Source: Felis catus (taxonomy: Eukaryota). Taken from it: a stretch of DNA of 64,000 nucleotides. The notes beneath the pieces were generated by a model. The model saw only the letters and a program-made list of their open reading frames with translations. It searched no databases and was not told where the DNA came from. Location: contig NC_058382.1 of the NCBI RefSeq assembly GCF_018350175.1, positions 8,990,001 through 9,054,000 of the forward strand. The letters are read 5' to 3'. The translations under genes were made by a program, and so were the position numbers. This document shows, one piece after another, positions 1 through 11,704 of the stretch (positions are counted from its first letter, which is position 1; each line of letters begins with the position of its first letter).

Positions 1-394
1 CCCCTTCCTGGAAATCAACATGGTACACTCCCCTTCCCTTTCTGCTGCCTCCCTGTGGCTCAGCCCTGCGATCTAAAGGCCACCTCTCCGGCTTCTCCAC
101 ATGGTTTGGCCCAGACCCCCCCCCCCCCGCCCATGAATACCTTCACATAGTTGAGTCTGATGCTGAAACTGGACATCCCTATTCCACCCTCCTGCTGCCT
201 CCTGCTGGTTCAACCCAGTGCCGGTCCAGAATCTGACCGTTTTCTCCAGCTTGTCGACCTGGTACATTCCGGGTTCCCCCTTCGCAGCCTCCCTGTGGTC
301 AGAGCCCTACGCGGCTCAGCCCCCGCCCCTCTGCAGGGTCCAGCCTGTGGTGCCCTAAACTAACTCTCCCCCACCGGTGTCGTCTGTCTTACAG

Positions 395-420
395 TGGATG
401 GTGCCCCCCATGGTCGCTGA
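395..420 (+). CDS. CA11: Carbonic anhydrase-related protein 11, last coding exon only (rest of gene lies upstream of window)
   Basis: Acceptor tcttacag| followed by TG GAT GGT GCC CCC CAT GGT CGC TGA = (V)DGAPHGR*, matching the CA11 C-terminus as I recall it (VDGVPHGR); ATTAAA at 498-503; expected synteny immediately upstream of DBP. Confidence 0.85.
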
Positions 421-497
421 GACTCCCCATCGAGGATTGCGCCTGTCCTTTCCAAGTCTCCCCACTCGGGGAGGGGAGTCACCCCCAAAACAAAGCT

Positions 498-503
498 ATT
501 AAA
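498..503 (+). terminator. CA11: CA11 polyadenylation signal (ATTAAA)
   Basis: ATTAAA 78 nt after the CA11 stop, followed by T/GT-rich sequence. Confidence 0.65.
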
Positions 504-589
504 GGGACAGAATACTTCCTGTTTCTTAGTGGTCTGATTCTAGGCGCGGCGGGGAAACATTTGGGTATTGGAGAACAGCAGCCTTCTTC

Positions 590-1160
590 TAGAAACCAAT
601 CTCCCTCTTCCTAAACCGCACCACTCGGTTTTTTGGCTTCCTGTTTCCCCAAACTGTCATTTAGATTAGCGGCTCCTTTAAGTGGCGCCTCTTTCATTCC
701 CCCCCAACTCACCCTCCCCGTCGGGCAGCACGCGCAGAGCCATGTGCTTCCCCCTCCCGCCTGCCTCATTGGCCCGAACTGGGTCACGGTCCCGCCCCCA
801 GTGCCGTCTCCCATTGGGCAAATGTAGGTCAGGGTCCCGCCTCCCACCTAAAGGCGCAGCAACTTCACGCACTTAGCCCCTCACGCGCCCTCCCGGGCCT
901 TGGCGGATGCTGGGGTCCCATTGGCCGCGCGTCTCGAGGGGTCAAGACGCGATTGGCCCGTGCGTTCAGCCGGAGGGAGGCACGCGGCTGGGGTGCTTGG
1001 CCCGAGAGACAGGCGGGGGCCGAGAGGAGGGGTGTGCGCTGTGGCGTCGGGTGTTTTGGTTTGGCTTTTTTTTTTTTTTTTCCGCGAAAGAAGTTTGCGT
1101 TGGCCACGCCTCAAGGCGGCCGCCTCCTCTTGCCCCCTCCCCCGCCCCTCCGCGCACACC
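590..1160 (+). promoter_or_regulatory. DBP: DBP promoter (CpG-rich; CCAAT boxes, GC boxes, non-canonical E-boxes)
   Basis: CCAAT/ATTGG at ~596, 768, 813, 920, 952; CACGCG at ~729, 882, 981; GC boxes at ~791 and ~1139; lies between the CA11 polyA site and the DBP leader. Confidence 0.7.
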
Positions 1161-1535
1161 TCTTGGTGCAGATTGCAAAGCGCCTTCCGCTGAGAGAGCT
1201 GCAGATTTTGCAAGAGCCTAGCTCGCCCACCTTGCTGGAGCGCCTTGTGTCCCCCTGAACTCTGGGTTGCAAAGAGCCGGTTGCCTGATTTGACCACCCC
1301 CTCACCCGGACTGCATGGTCTCCTGGGACCCTCTTGAGTTGCACGTTTCTGCACTGAGGACTGCGAATCCCCGTCACTCCTAGGATTTGCAGTGTTCTGG
1401 ATACTGGAGGCTTGCAGGCTACGCTCGCCCGCTCCTGGGCAGGCACTCGCCCGAACCACAGGAGTGTGCCACTGACTGGCAGGCCAGCTCTTCGCCTCTC
1501 CATGAGCCCGTGAGCTTACGGGCAGGTGCCCGGTG

Positions 1536-4500
1536 ATGGCGCGGCCCGTGAGCGACAGGACCCCGGCCCCACTGCTGCTGGGCGGCCCAGCCGGGGCCCC
1601 CCCTGGCGGGGGAGCGCTGCTTGGGCTGCGGAGCCTTCTGCAGGGGACCAGCAAGCCCAAAGAGCCATCCAGCTGTGAGTTCTAGCCCCCGCCTATCCCA
1701 ACTCGGACACCCAACTCCCTTAGGGATTCAAATGCTGGGGCGGGGGGGGGGGGGACTAACTCCTATCGTGCCGAGAGTCCATTCTCAACCTTAATCTACT
1801 CAGTTACTAGGGTGTTTAGGACCCTAGTTCCCTCGGCACCTAGGATCCAAAAGTACCTGCTTAAAGCCCATCCACCAGGAGGACCCAGGAGTCCCCGTGT
1901 CCTCTTCCCGGAGGACCCAAGAGTCTAGGCCCCAGCCCCCCCGCTTCTTCTGGGTTATGAGAGTCCGGACCCCTGGGGTCCAGGAAAGAGGGAGGGGGTG
2001 TGTCGGATGCTCACACGGTATTGACACGGGCTTGGGCGGGGCCTCCTGGGGTCACATGGAGTCTGGGGATGAGGAATGTGCCCCAGGAATAGAGCCCCTT
2101 CCTGCCCCTTGCAGAGTGTGGGGGTGGGGAGAAGCGGCTACAGTGAGCAGGGGGGTAGGTTACAGAGAAATTACAGAGCCGTCATTTTTTTTTTCTCTCA
2201 CCTGCCCAACCCTCCACCTGCCTCTTTTTGAACTTCGGCCCTCCTTCCGTGGCTCTGTACCTTCCCTGGTCTCTATCCTCCCCCCTCTTTCTGAGTCTCT
2301 CTCCCTCTCTCGGTCTCTGCCTCGCTCTCTGTCTCTGCCGCCCCCGTCTGTGCCTTCTCTCTCTGGGTCTCTTTCGCTCTCTTGAGTCTCTGTTGCTTCC
2401 TCTCTCTGGGTCCTTGCCTTCCCTCTCTGATCTCTCCCTCTCCCCCGTCTCCCCCCTCTTTCTCTGGATCTCCGCCGTGTGGGTCTCAATCCCCCCATTC
2501 TTCCTGTCTTTCTGTGTCGGGGTCTCTCCTCCGTCTCTTCCTTCCCACCCCACGCGGTCTTTTTCCCCGCCCGCAGGTCTCCTGAAGGAAAAGGAGCGCA
2601 AGGCGGCTCCGCCGGCATCCACGGTCCCCGGGCCGGGCCTGGAGACGGCGGGCCCGGCGGATGCCCCAGCTGGGGCGGTGGTGGGCGGCGGATCCCCGCG
2701 AGGGCGCCCGGGGGCCGCGCCTGGCCCGGGTCTGTTGGCGCCGCTGCTGTGGGAGCGGACGCTGCCGTTCGGCGACGTGGAGTACGTGGACCTGGACGCC
2801 TTCTTGCTGGAGCACGGGCTCCCGCCCAGTCCGCCGCCCCCCGGTGGCCCATCACCGGCGCCCTCGCCCGTGCGCACGCCCGCACCCTCCCCGGGGCCCG
2901 GCTCCTGCGGCTCAGCTTCCCCTCGTTCCTCGCCGGGGCACGCCCCCACCCGGGCTGCCCTCGGGGCCGCGGGCGGCCACCGCGCAGGTGCGACGGCGGG
3001 GGCGGGAACAGGGCCCCGGCTGGGCGGGGCTTGGACTTCAGGGGCGGGGCTGCGACCCGGGGATGCGATGGTGGGGCTGGGGTTGTGCGCCCAAATTCTG
3101 GGTCCTTCTAGGCGAGAGATGTTTGGAGAGAAGTCCGGATTCTGTGTCCCTTAATGCATCAGGGTACTGGGTCTCCTGGATCCATTGGAGATAAGGGACT
3201 TGGAACCCCAAATTCCAGGAAGTATGTCCAGTAGGGAGATAGTGTGGATTTTTCGGTGGGACGTGGGGACCCAGGGTCCGGATACTCGAGGAGCCGGGAC
3301 TGGGATCCCAGAACACCGGAATTATTTACTGGGGAGTGAACTGCACTCCAGAATCCGGGCCCAGAATCGGTGGAGTGTGGAAGGACCATAACTCGTAGGT
3401 CCTCTACAAGGGAGAAAGCAAGGTCTGGGCACAGACTTCTGTTCCACCATGATGTAAGGGACTGTCTGCCCTGGTTCCTGAGTCCGCCAGTGGAGACGGG
3501 CTAGCACCCCGGATCCTCTAGAGGGGAGAAGGTCGGGGATCTTCATTCTAGATCTTACATTGAGGCTTGGACCGAGTCTCCTATGTCCTGGGAGAGGAGG
3601 GGCCGAGGATCCCAGAATCCTAGCGTGTATCCCAGTGGCGAGGGAGAAGGAGGTCGAGGGGGCCGTTTCTCAGTGTGTTCCCCAGAGCGTAGGAATGCCT
3701 GGATCTTTGGAGGTTGAGAGGTTCGAGCTAAGAAACCCCAAAGAGCCTAAGGAAAAGTGTGCTCTCTCGGGCACTGGGGGGTCCCAGGGGCGGTCTGCAG
3801 GTTGGGGATTCCCGGACACACCTGCCCCTGGCCGGACCTCCGGGCGGAACCAGGGCCCTCCCCTTCCCAGCCGCACATTCCCGCGCCACGTGAGTCCTCT
3901 CCTCTCTCCTCCATAGTCTTGACTTCGCGCACGCGCGGTCACGCGGAGGGGGCGGGGTCTGGGGAACTAGAGGGCGCCCGTGGCTGCAGGGGGGGCGGGG
4001 CGGGAAAGCAGGCGCCCGCACGTGACTGGCCCTGAACCTGTGTCCTCAGCTGGCCCTGGCTTGGTCGCTCTTAAAGGCACAGGCCGCCCCTGTCCCCTCT
4101 CTTGAACCGACCTCCAAAAACCTGTCATTTCCTCTTTTCATCCCTAACCCTTCGAAGCCAGCAGCTCTTAAGAAGCTTACCTGAAGCCTTTTCAGTGCAT
4201 TGGATTTCTTTTCCTTGAGCAGCCCCCCGGGGGGGGGGGGGGGCTAGGCTTTGGTCAGGGATTCAGTAAGCAGGACTCGGGCTAGACTATGGGAAGGAAG
4301 CTGACGCTGCCAATCCGAGGGCCAGAGGTGTTAGAAGCAATAGACCAGACTCGTGTTATTTAGGGTAAGTCAGTTATAATTGGGCTCATTTCTGTGTTTG
4401 TGAAAGTGGAGTCGGTTCCAAGATTTCTAAGCTACAAGGTAGCCTAGGGACCCTTCATAGTTTATATTAGAGAGGTTGATCTCTGGCAGACTTTACGGTA

Positions 4501-6554
4501 GGCCTCATAAGGGCCTTCCTCGGGGTGGAAAAGATACCTGAGCAGGGGGTAGCCTCTGCGAGTACCAAATATATACACACTCAGGTGGCACATTCTGTTT
4601 CCCCAAGGCCTGACCTCTCGGGACACACCCAGCCCTGTGGACCCAGACACCGTGGAGGTGCTGATGACATTTGAACCCGACCCAGCAGATTTAGCCCTGT
4701 CGAGCATTCCTGGCCACGAGACCTTTGACCCTCGGCGACATCGCTTCTCAGAGGAGGAACTTAAGCCCCAACCCATCATGAAGAAGGCTCGGAAGATCCA
4801 GGTACCAGAGGAGCAGAAGGTGAGCACTGCTAGATGTAGGATGTAGGCATGGCCTTTGCAGGCCCTACGGCCAGGGATGGCCCTTTCCTCCCAGTCAGGC
4901 CTGGGCTTCTCATTGGGGTTAGCTCTCACGGTTCCCTTAACCTACAGCCAAGGATCGGGCAGTCGTGCGAAGCCGTGGGGTGCGACGGGGCTGAGGTTTG
5001 GGCTTGAGATTTGCGAAGATGGTATCATTATGGGATGCAGTCTCAACCAGCCTTGCTGGGCCCAGTTGTGCAGGCTTGGGGCTGGGACCAGGCCCAGTTA
5101 CTAAGGACAGCATTCCTTAGCAGCAGGGTATCAGTCTGTTTCTTCTGAGCCGCTAGCCCTGCTGGGGCTGGTCCTTTGGTCTCTGATTTGGGGCATCGTT
5201 CAGGGTGCTTGCGTCCGCCTAGGATGCAGACTTTGACAGCCCGTCTGGGCCTTGTTTTCTGGGCCTGGACTGCTCCCTGGTGAGAGACCTCAAGCTCCCA
5301 TCAGCAGCCAGAGCTGCCTTCTGATTTGGGGCAGCGACCGCTTCTTTCCAGTCTTCTCCCTGTGGCCAATTCTGGGGCCTCCCCTAGTTAAGAGGTGTCC
5401 TGGCTGCTCACCAGACTTCACCTCACCCTTGTGTAAGACGCGACTGCTCGAAGCACCGAGGATTGGCCTGTAAACCCAGCCTGGACCGGCGGTTTCTCTT
5501 GTCATGGGGCCTGGGCCGGATTTACCCTAGTGAGCAGGGACGAGGCTTTAAGGAAACGGATGTGAGGTCATCTTTTGGAGCTCTGGGTGGCCCTTGTTAC
5601 TAAGGGGTGGGCCTCCTCAATCAAATTCTAGGACCAGAGAACCCTAAGTGTAATGGTGTGGGGAGGCCTCAGGATAGGCCCTTTTGCTAAAGTCCAGCCC
5701 TTCTGGCAACCAGGACCCGTTGGGAAGAAGGCAGCTCTCTGGCCTCTATTCAAGGCCAGTAGGTCAGAGACTGGCTACAGGCATTGGGACCACTTAGACA
5801 TTACCTTTGTTTGCTGGGGAAACAACAAGGAGGTTGCCTTGACAACCAGGTCCAAAGGCCCCCAGCTCTGGAAAGATTTATGGGACACAGAACCCCATCA
5901 CTGGGGAGCCTAGGCTTTCCTTAGCAACCAGGATCTGGGCAGGTGATGCATAAAGCAGTGCTTTTTATGGGGAGAAGCCCTCCGACCCTGAAGGCCCCAT
6001 CCCGTTGCTAGGGAAAGAGCATCCTTAGCAACCAGGGGCTACCTGGAGGCCCTTTGTTGGGTGAGGAGCAGTGGGGTCTGCTCTGCACAGTGGAAACATG
6101 AAACCAAATTGCTTTGAGTGTGGGTGGAACGATCTCACACCTTAGCTGTTGCTAGGGGCTTGCTCTCCTTAGCAACCGGATCCCTGGGTACCCATCCCAG
6201 GAGAGACCTGGTAACCTTTAAGCCCCACTGCTGGGCAAGAAACCCCCCCAGAGGGTCTCTTAGATGCCCTCCGTCCTTGAAGGCACAAGGAAAGCTGCTA
6301 CCCTTGGCCCTCAGTGCCTTCTCAAACCCCACCCCCAGGACGAGAAGTATTGGAGCCGGCGGTACAAGAATAACGAGGCAGCCAAGCGNNNNNNNNNNNN
6401 NNNNNNNNNNNNNNNNNNNNNNNNNNNNNNNNNNNNNNNNNNNNNNNNNNNNNNNNNNNNNNNNNNNNNNNNNNNNNNNNNNNNNNNNNNNNNNNNNNNN
6501 NNNNNNNNNNNNNNNNNNNNNNNNNNNNNNNNNNNNCAGCACGGAGCCCTGTGA
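1536..6554 (+). CDS. DBP: D-box binding PAR bZIP transcription factor, 325 aa; exons 1536-1674, 2577-2987, 4608-4819, 6339-6554
   Basis: [17 protein letters not shown]..., [27 protein letters not shown] domain [24 protein letters not shown], basic region [16 protein letters not shown]...QHGAL*; GT-AG junctions in phase (139+411+212+216=978 nt); leucine zipper hidden by N-run 6389-6536. Confidence 0.97.
3874..4024. promoter_or_regulatory. DBP: DBP intron-2 circadian E-box enhancer
   Basis: CACGTG at 3887-3892 and 4019-4024, CACGCG at 3930-3935 and 3940-3945, CACATT 7 nt before the first E-box; intronic CLOCK:BMAL1 E-boxes of Dbp are established in rodents. Confidence 0.8.
6389..6536. other. 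148-N gap inside DBP last coding exon
   Basis: Run of N; reading frame preserved across it. Confidence 0.99.
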
Positions 6555-6819
6555 GGCCGTCCCCTACGCTTGCCCGGCGGAGCTCTTCCCCGCCTCGCTC
6601 AGACTTGCGCCCCGACGCCCTTTTCCCTCCCCGCCCTGTGGCCCACAGGCCGGCCAGCTGGGTGCCCCAGGGACGTGATGATGCAGATAAATACATTTAT
6701 ATTTTTAAGAAAAAGCGAGCCTCCCCCCTCCCTCGCGGGGGCGGGGAGGGTCCTCTGTGTTGCCCCTGCCACTTCGGGGACCCCCCCCATCTTCCCACCG
6801 CCTCCGTTAACACACCCTG

Positions 6820-6825
6820 AATAAA
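6820..6825 (+). terminator. DBP: DBP polyadenylation signal (AATAAA)
   Basis: AATAAA 266 nt after the stop. Confidence 0.7.
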
Positions 6826-7039
6826 TCTTGAGAACCCCAGAGCCAGCTGTTGTGGGGGGAGGAGGCAGCTCCCTGGCCCCAGTTCGAGGCCATCGGGTCA
6901 CGCTGGCCGCGGTATGTGGGCAGGTCTGGGCTTGGAGCCACAAAAGGCAGCAGCTACCGGAAGCACCTAGGGTTGGATCCCTCCCACGGGTTGCGTGGTG
7001 CAGCAGGGACGACGGTCTGAGAGGAATGCAACGACTGCC

Positions 7040-7045
7040 TTTATT
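7040..7045 (-). terminator. SPHK2: SPHK2 polyadenylation signal (AATAAA on minus strand)
   Basis: TTTATT on plus strand ~590 nt past the SPHK2 stop. Confidence 0.65.
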
Positions 7046-7637
7046 GCATAGACCTTTTCAATTGCTCTGAAGATTGGGGTCGGGACGCACAGGAGACAGA
7101 AGACAGGAGACGGTCGTTTCCCCGCCCCCCACCGGCAAGGGGGTGAGGAGGAACATTAGTGCAAATCCGAGCGTCGGCCCCGGGGAACCTGCCCCTCGTG
7201 GGCTGATTGGCCAGTTAAGTGGAGGCACCGGAATGGATGGGGCGAGACCCGGGCCCTGACTGGCTAATGAACTAAGGCCTTCCCCAGCCCGCACATGACA
7301 GGTCCCGTCATTGGACAAGACGTAAGACAGTCCCCGCCCTCAGTCGACCTGGCGTCCTACGAGCCGGAAGCGAGGGTTTGGGCTGAGCCCCGCCCTCATC
7401 GGTCAGGCACTACCCTCGGGGCCAGCCCGTTTGGGACCATCATGAGCCTCCGGAATTCGGCCACACTCCAACTTTACCTCTGGTCCCCTGGGGGCGGGCG
7501 CAATCCTGAGACGGGGCTGGGGCCCCTGCGTGTGGGACCCTCGCCCTAACTCTAGCAGCTAGGCCACGCCCTTAGGTCAGGCTCCGCCTCCTTGGAATGT
7601 TGGCCCCGCCCCCGGCGGGCCGCAAGCTTCGTTGGGT

Positions 7638-10600
7638 TCAAGGCTCCCGACGCGGGCAGCCGGGAGGCCCAGTGAGCAGCGTGCCGAGGCCCGGATGCAT
7701 CTGCGCCTGCAGTGGCCCGTACTCCACCTGCTCTCCGTCCACAGTGAGCACGCCCCGAGGCGTGAGAGGCTCGAGGCGGAAGGCACGGGCCGCGGCGTAG
7801 CCCAGCTGCGGACAGCCCAGGCTGAAGTGGCTACCTCGCTCCATGGCCAGAAAAAGGCGTAGCAGCGCAGCACGGGAGATGCCACCACGCACCCAGCACA
7901 GGTGCACCAGGCCGTCGTCAAAGCGCGCGTGGGGAGCTGCCACCAGGTCTGCCCCCAGGTGGCTAGGGGAGATGGCCAGCATGAGCACAAAGTCCCCTTC
8001 CAGCGTCACCCAGCCTGGGGGGAGTGGGGTGCCCAAAGGAGGGAGCAGGTGGTCATGCGGACCCCTGGTAGAGACGGCTCCCGGAGAGCCGGGGGTGGGA
8101 GGGGGAAGCCCAGAGGATGCTAACGTTTCTGGGACCCCCTCGGTGATGGGTGACAGTAAAGCTGCCTTAGGGGAGCTAGGCGGTGAGGGCAGTGGTGGGT
8201 CTGGGGACAGGGGGGCATCCCCAGCCCCACCCCAGTCCCCGGCCAACTCTGGGCCCCCGCCATTGAGGGACAGGATGGGCAGGGGTTCAGGCGAGCCAGG
8301 GGAGGTCAGGGCGGGCTGGGGCAGGGGCAGGGGCAGGGGCAGGTCAGACACTGAACGATGCAGGGGTGAGTGTGCCACAGGTGGGGCCGGGGCCGGGGCC
8401 GGGGCCAGGGTCAGCTCTGACTTGGCACGGGGCAGGCCACGGGCAGGGGTGGGTGAGGTGGGCTCCACGGTGGCAGGGAGGTAGNNNNNNNNNNNNNNNN
8501 NNNNNNNNNNNNNNNNNNNNNNNNNNNNNNNNNNNNNNNNNNNNNNNNNNNNNNNNNNNNNNNNNNNNNNNNNNNNNNNNNNNNNNNNNNNNNNNNNNNN
8601 NNNNNNNNNNNNNNNNNNNNNNNNNNNNNNNNGGGAGCCGGAGGCCAGCGTCACAGACATCAGGTCCAGCGGGCGGCTGCCGCCCCGGCAGAGTAGCAGC
8701 GAGCAATTGAGCAGCAGGTCCACACCCAGGGCAGGCTCAAACCTTCACAGCCAGAGACGGATGGACACGGTGGGAAAGAGTAGACGGGCTTGGGTGAGAG
8801 GCACAGAGCACAGGGTAGCAGGAGAAAGGCACAGAAGGGGTGGGAAGCGGGGGGGGGGGAGGGGTGGTGGCCTGGCCCGCCTGCAGCAATCGGGCCCCCT
8901 CGGGATGGACTCTTCTTACTGAACCAGGCTCCCTGTCACTTCATTCCATGAGCGTTCCCCGAGTGCCATCTGTGTGCCAGGTACACTTCTGGGCACTAGG
9001 GACACAGCTGGGAACAATCCGGCAAAAATGTCGGGGGGGTGGGGGGTGTATGGGGAGCACCCCAGTCAGACTGATTGGCAGCGGGCTGGCGGGCAAAGGG
9101 GACTTGGGGACATTAAGTGCCAGGCCGCAGGAGGACTCATCCCTCCCCTCACGGTATCAGGCTCACCTACGACGCAGGACCCCACCTACCCCCCATGCTG
9201 GTTCACAGCTCCGGCCAAGGCATTGCCTGAGCCACACGGGAGGATGCCCACGGGCGTCTTCACAGCCTCTTCCCAGTCAGGGCGGTCCAGGAATCCGTTC
9301 AGCACCTGGAGGGCGGGAGACCAGACACCTGGGTCCCGGGGCCAGGCCAACCCCGCGCCCCAGTGCTCAAGCAGGATGCCCCCGCCCTACCTCAAACAGC
9401 AGCCCGTCTCCGGAGACCGTGACAATGCCGTCCCACTCACTCAGCCTCAGCCCCTGAACCAGCTCCCGGGCGTGGTTCTGTCGTTCTAGCGTGGGGAAGT
9501 CGGAGGTGAGCCAGGCTGTTCGGCTCTGTCCCGCCACCACGCCCCAGGACTCAAGGCTCAGGAGTCCTAGCCTCCCCCCCAACCCCAGCCCCTACCTCCA
9601 TCCCATCCTGACACAGCCCTTACCTGTCTGGATGAGGTTGAAGGACAGCCCAGCTTCGGAGATCATGGGCAGCACGTGGGTCTTACACCACTGCCAGGCC
9701 AGGCCCCGCCCCCCAAGGGGATTGACCAATAGGAGCAATCGGGGTGGCTTTGGCAGAAGCTCGGGGGTTATTTCTGCAAAGAGAGGGGAAGGCGTCTACA
9801 TGGGCCCCAGACCCAGGCCCCTCACCGCAGAAGCAGTAAACTGCAAACAGACCCAGGGGAACTGGTGGAGGGCTGGCACAGGAGACTGCTGGGAAGTCAA
9901 AGGTGGGTTTTTTGGTTTGTTTTTTTTTTTTCCTCTGGGGCTTCGGCTGCTGAGGCTCAGGTATGCACCTTCCGCACCCCCCGTCCCCCAAAGGCAGGAC
10001 TTGGGTGTCTAATCCCAATGCCCTTTGGACCCATGTGTGGGGGGAGGAAGGAGAGCTGTGGTTTTCACTTTCCTCTTCCTCAAACACCTGGAATCCAGGA
10101 TCAGGTTATTGCACCGTGCAAGGCCCCCTCCCCGTTCCCGTCCCCCAGGGCCCCCAGCCAGCCAGCCAGCAGGATCCTGGAAGTCCAAGGCAGACTCACC
10201 AGCTGGAGACCCTTGAACTTCTACCTTCCTGTGCCAACTGAGAAGCCTGGGGGGAGTGGGGCGCTCTGCCCAAAGGTCTCTGGCCACCCTCCACCCCCAA
10301 AGGCTGGATTAGATGCCACCTCTGGGCTCCTGGGCTGCCCTAGGGGACCTCTGTGAGTGCCTGTCCCTGGGTGGTGACTAATCATGTCTCAGTCTGCTGC
10401 TCGCGCCAGCCTGGGAACCTCTGACTCATCTGTGGTCAGGGCCCATGGAAGGGGGGAGGGGACACCGACAACCACTTATGGGAGCAGCAGACACCAATCG
10501 TGTTTTCTCTGCCTGTGGTTTTCTTCCTTCTGGGGCCCGTCCCTGTCTATCACTCTTTCGATACAGACCGAGAGAGACACAGCACAGACAGACACACAGT

Positions 10601-11666
10601 AGAGACAGAGATGCCCACAGAGGGAGACCCACGGAGACACCGAGGTGGCCCTAGGGACAGAGCGGCTGTGTAGTGCCTCACCCCCGTCCCCAGGCAGCGG
10701 CAGTCCACGGAGCAGACACATGAGGGCAGTGGCCCAGCGCTGGGCCTCAGCGCGGTTCTCCTCGTAGGTGGCCGCCCCGTCGACCCGAAAGGTGCGGGCG
10801 GCTCTGCGCCGGCCCCCGCGCCGGCCCTGCGGATAGGTGTAGATGCAGAAGTAGGCCGCCGCTGCGTCCGAGGGGCTGCGGCTCCGCAGGGTGCAGCAGC
10901 CGGACACCTCGGCCAGCGGGACCAGGCCGCCCCGGGGCCGGGCTTCAGGCTTTGGGCGCAGCCGCTGTACGTGTAGGGCCTGTGGTGTGAGAGTGAGGGC
11001 GAAGCGGGAGCCGCGGGCCGGGAAGGAGCCAAACTCGCCATGCAGGAGCGGGGTGCTGGCGGCCAATGGTGGCGGCGGTGGGGGGGCCATGGCCTTGGCC
11101 CTGTCCGGGGCGCTTCTAGGCCTGTGGCCCCAGCTCCAGGTCAGCTCCTGGTCTGGCCTCTGTGGGGAGGGAGGAGGGCAGGAGTCAGAGTCCAAGACCC
11201 CTATGGCTGATAGAGAAAAGCAGGGGCGGGGCCTGTGGACAAGGAGACAAGGGGGGCGGTGACAGACGAGATGGGAGCATCAGAAACAGACAGGCTCAGA
11301 CAAGGGTGGGGGGAGACCTTGAGGACACAGGACAGAAGTCAGTTGTATAGGAAGGCTAGCATCCTGGAGGGTGGACAGCCGGGCATGCAAACACTCATTC
11401 ACTTATCCCCCAAATAATTATTCAGTGCCCTCTATGTTCTAGTCACAGTGCCAGGCCCAGTGAACACAGCAGGGAACAGAACAGACAAAAATCCCTGCCT
11501 TTGTGGAGTTTATAGTCTTATCAGAAGACAGAAAAACGAGACGAAGAGGTAAAATATACAGTATGTTGGATTAACAAGGGCTTTGGAGAAAAATAAGGCA
11601 GAGGAGAGAGATCATGATGGTGGAGATATAAAGAAACAGACACGCAAAGATAGAGAACACCATGCG

Positions 11667-11704
<38 letters not shown>

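Noticed and set aside
5097-6215. CRISPR-like reading of the repeated palindromes
   Set aside because: Mammalian intron; motifs are only 10 nt and irregularly spaced, with no cas genes.
9710-9727. SPHK2 NPLGG versus human NPFGG in the ATP-binding motif
   Set aside because: This position varies among sphingosine kinases (SPHK1 has NPRGG); no evidence of inactivation.
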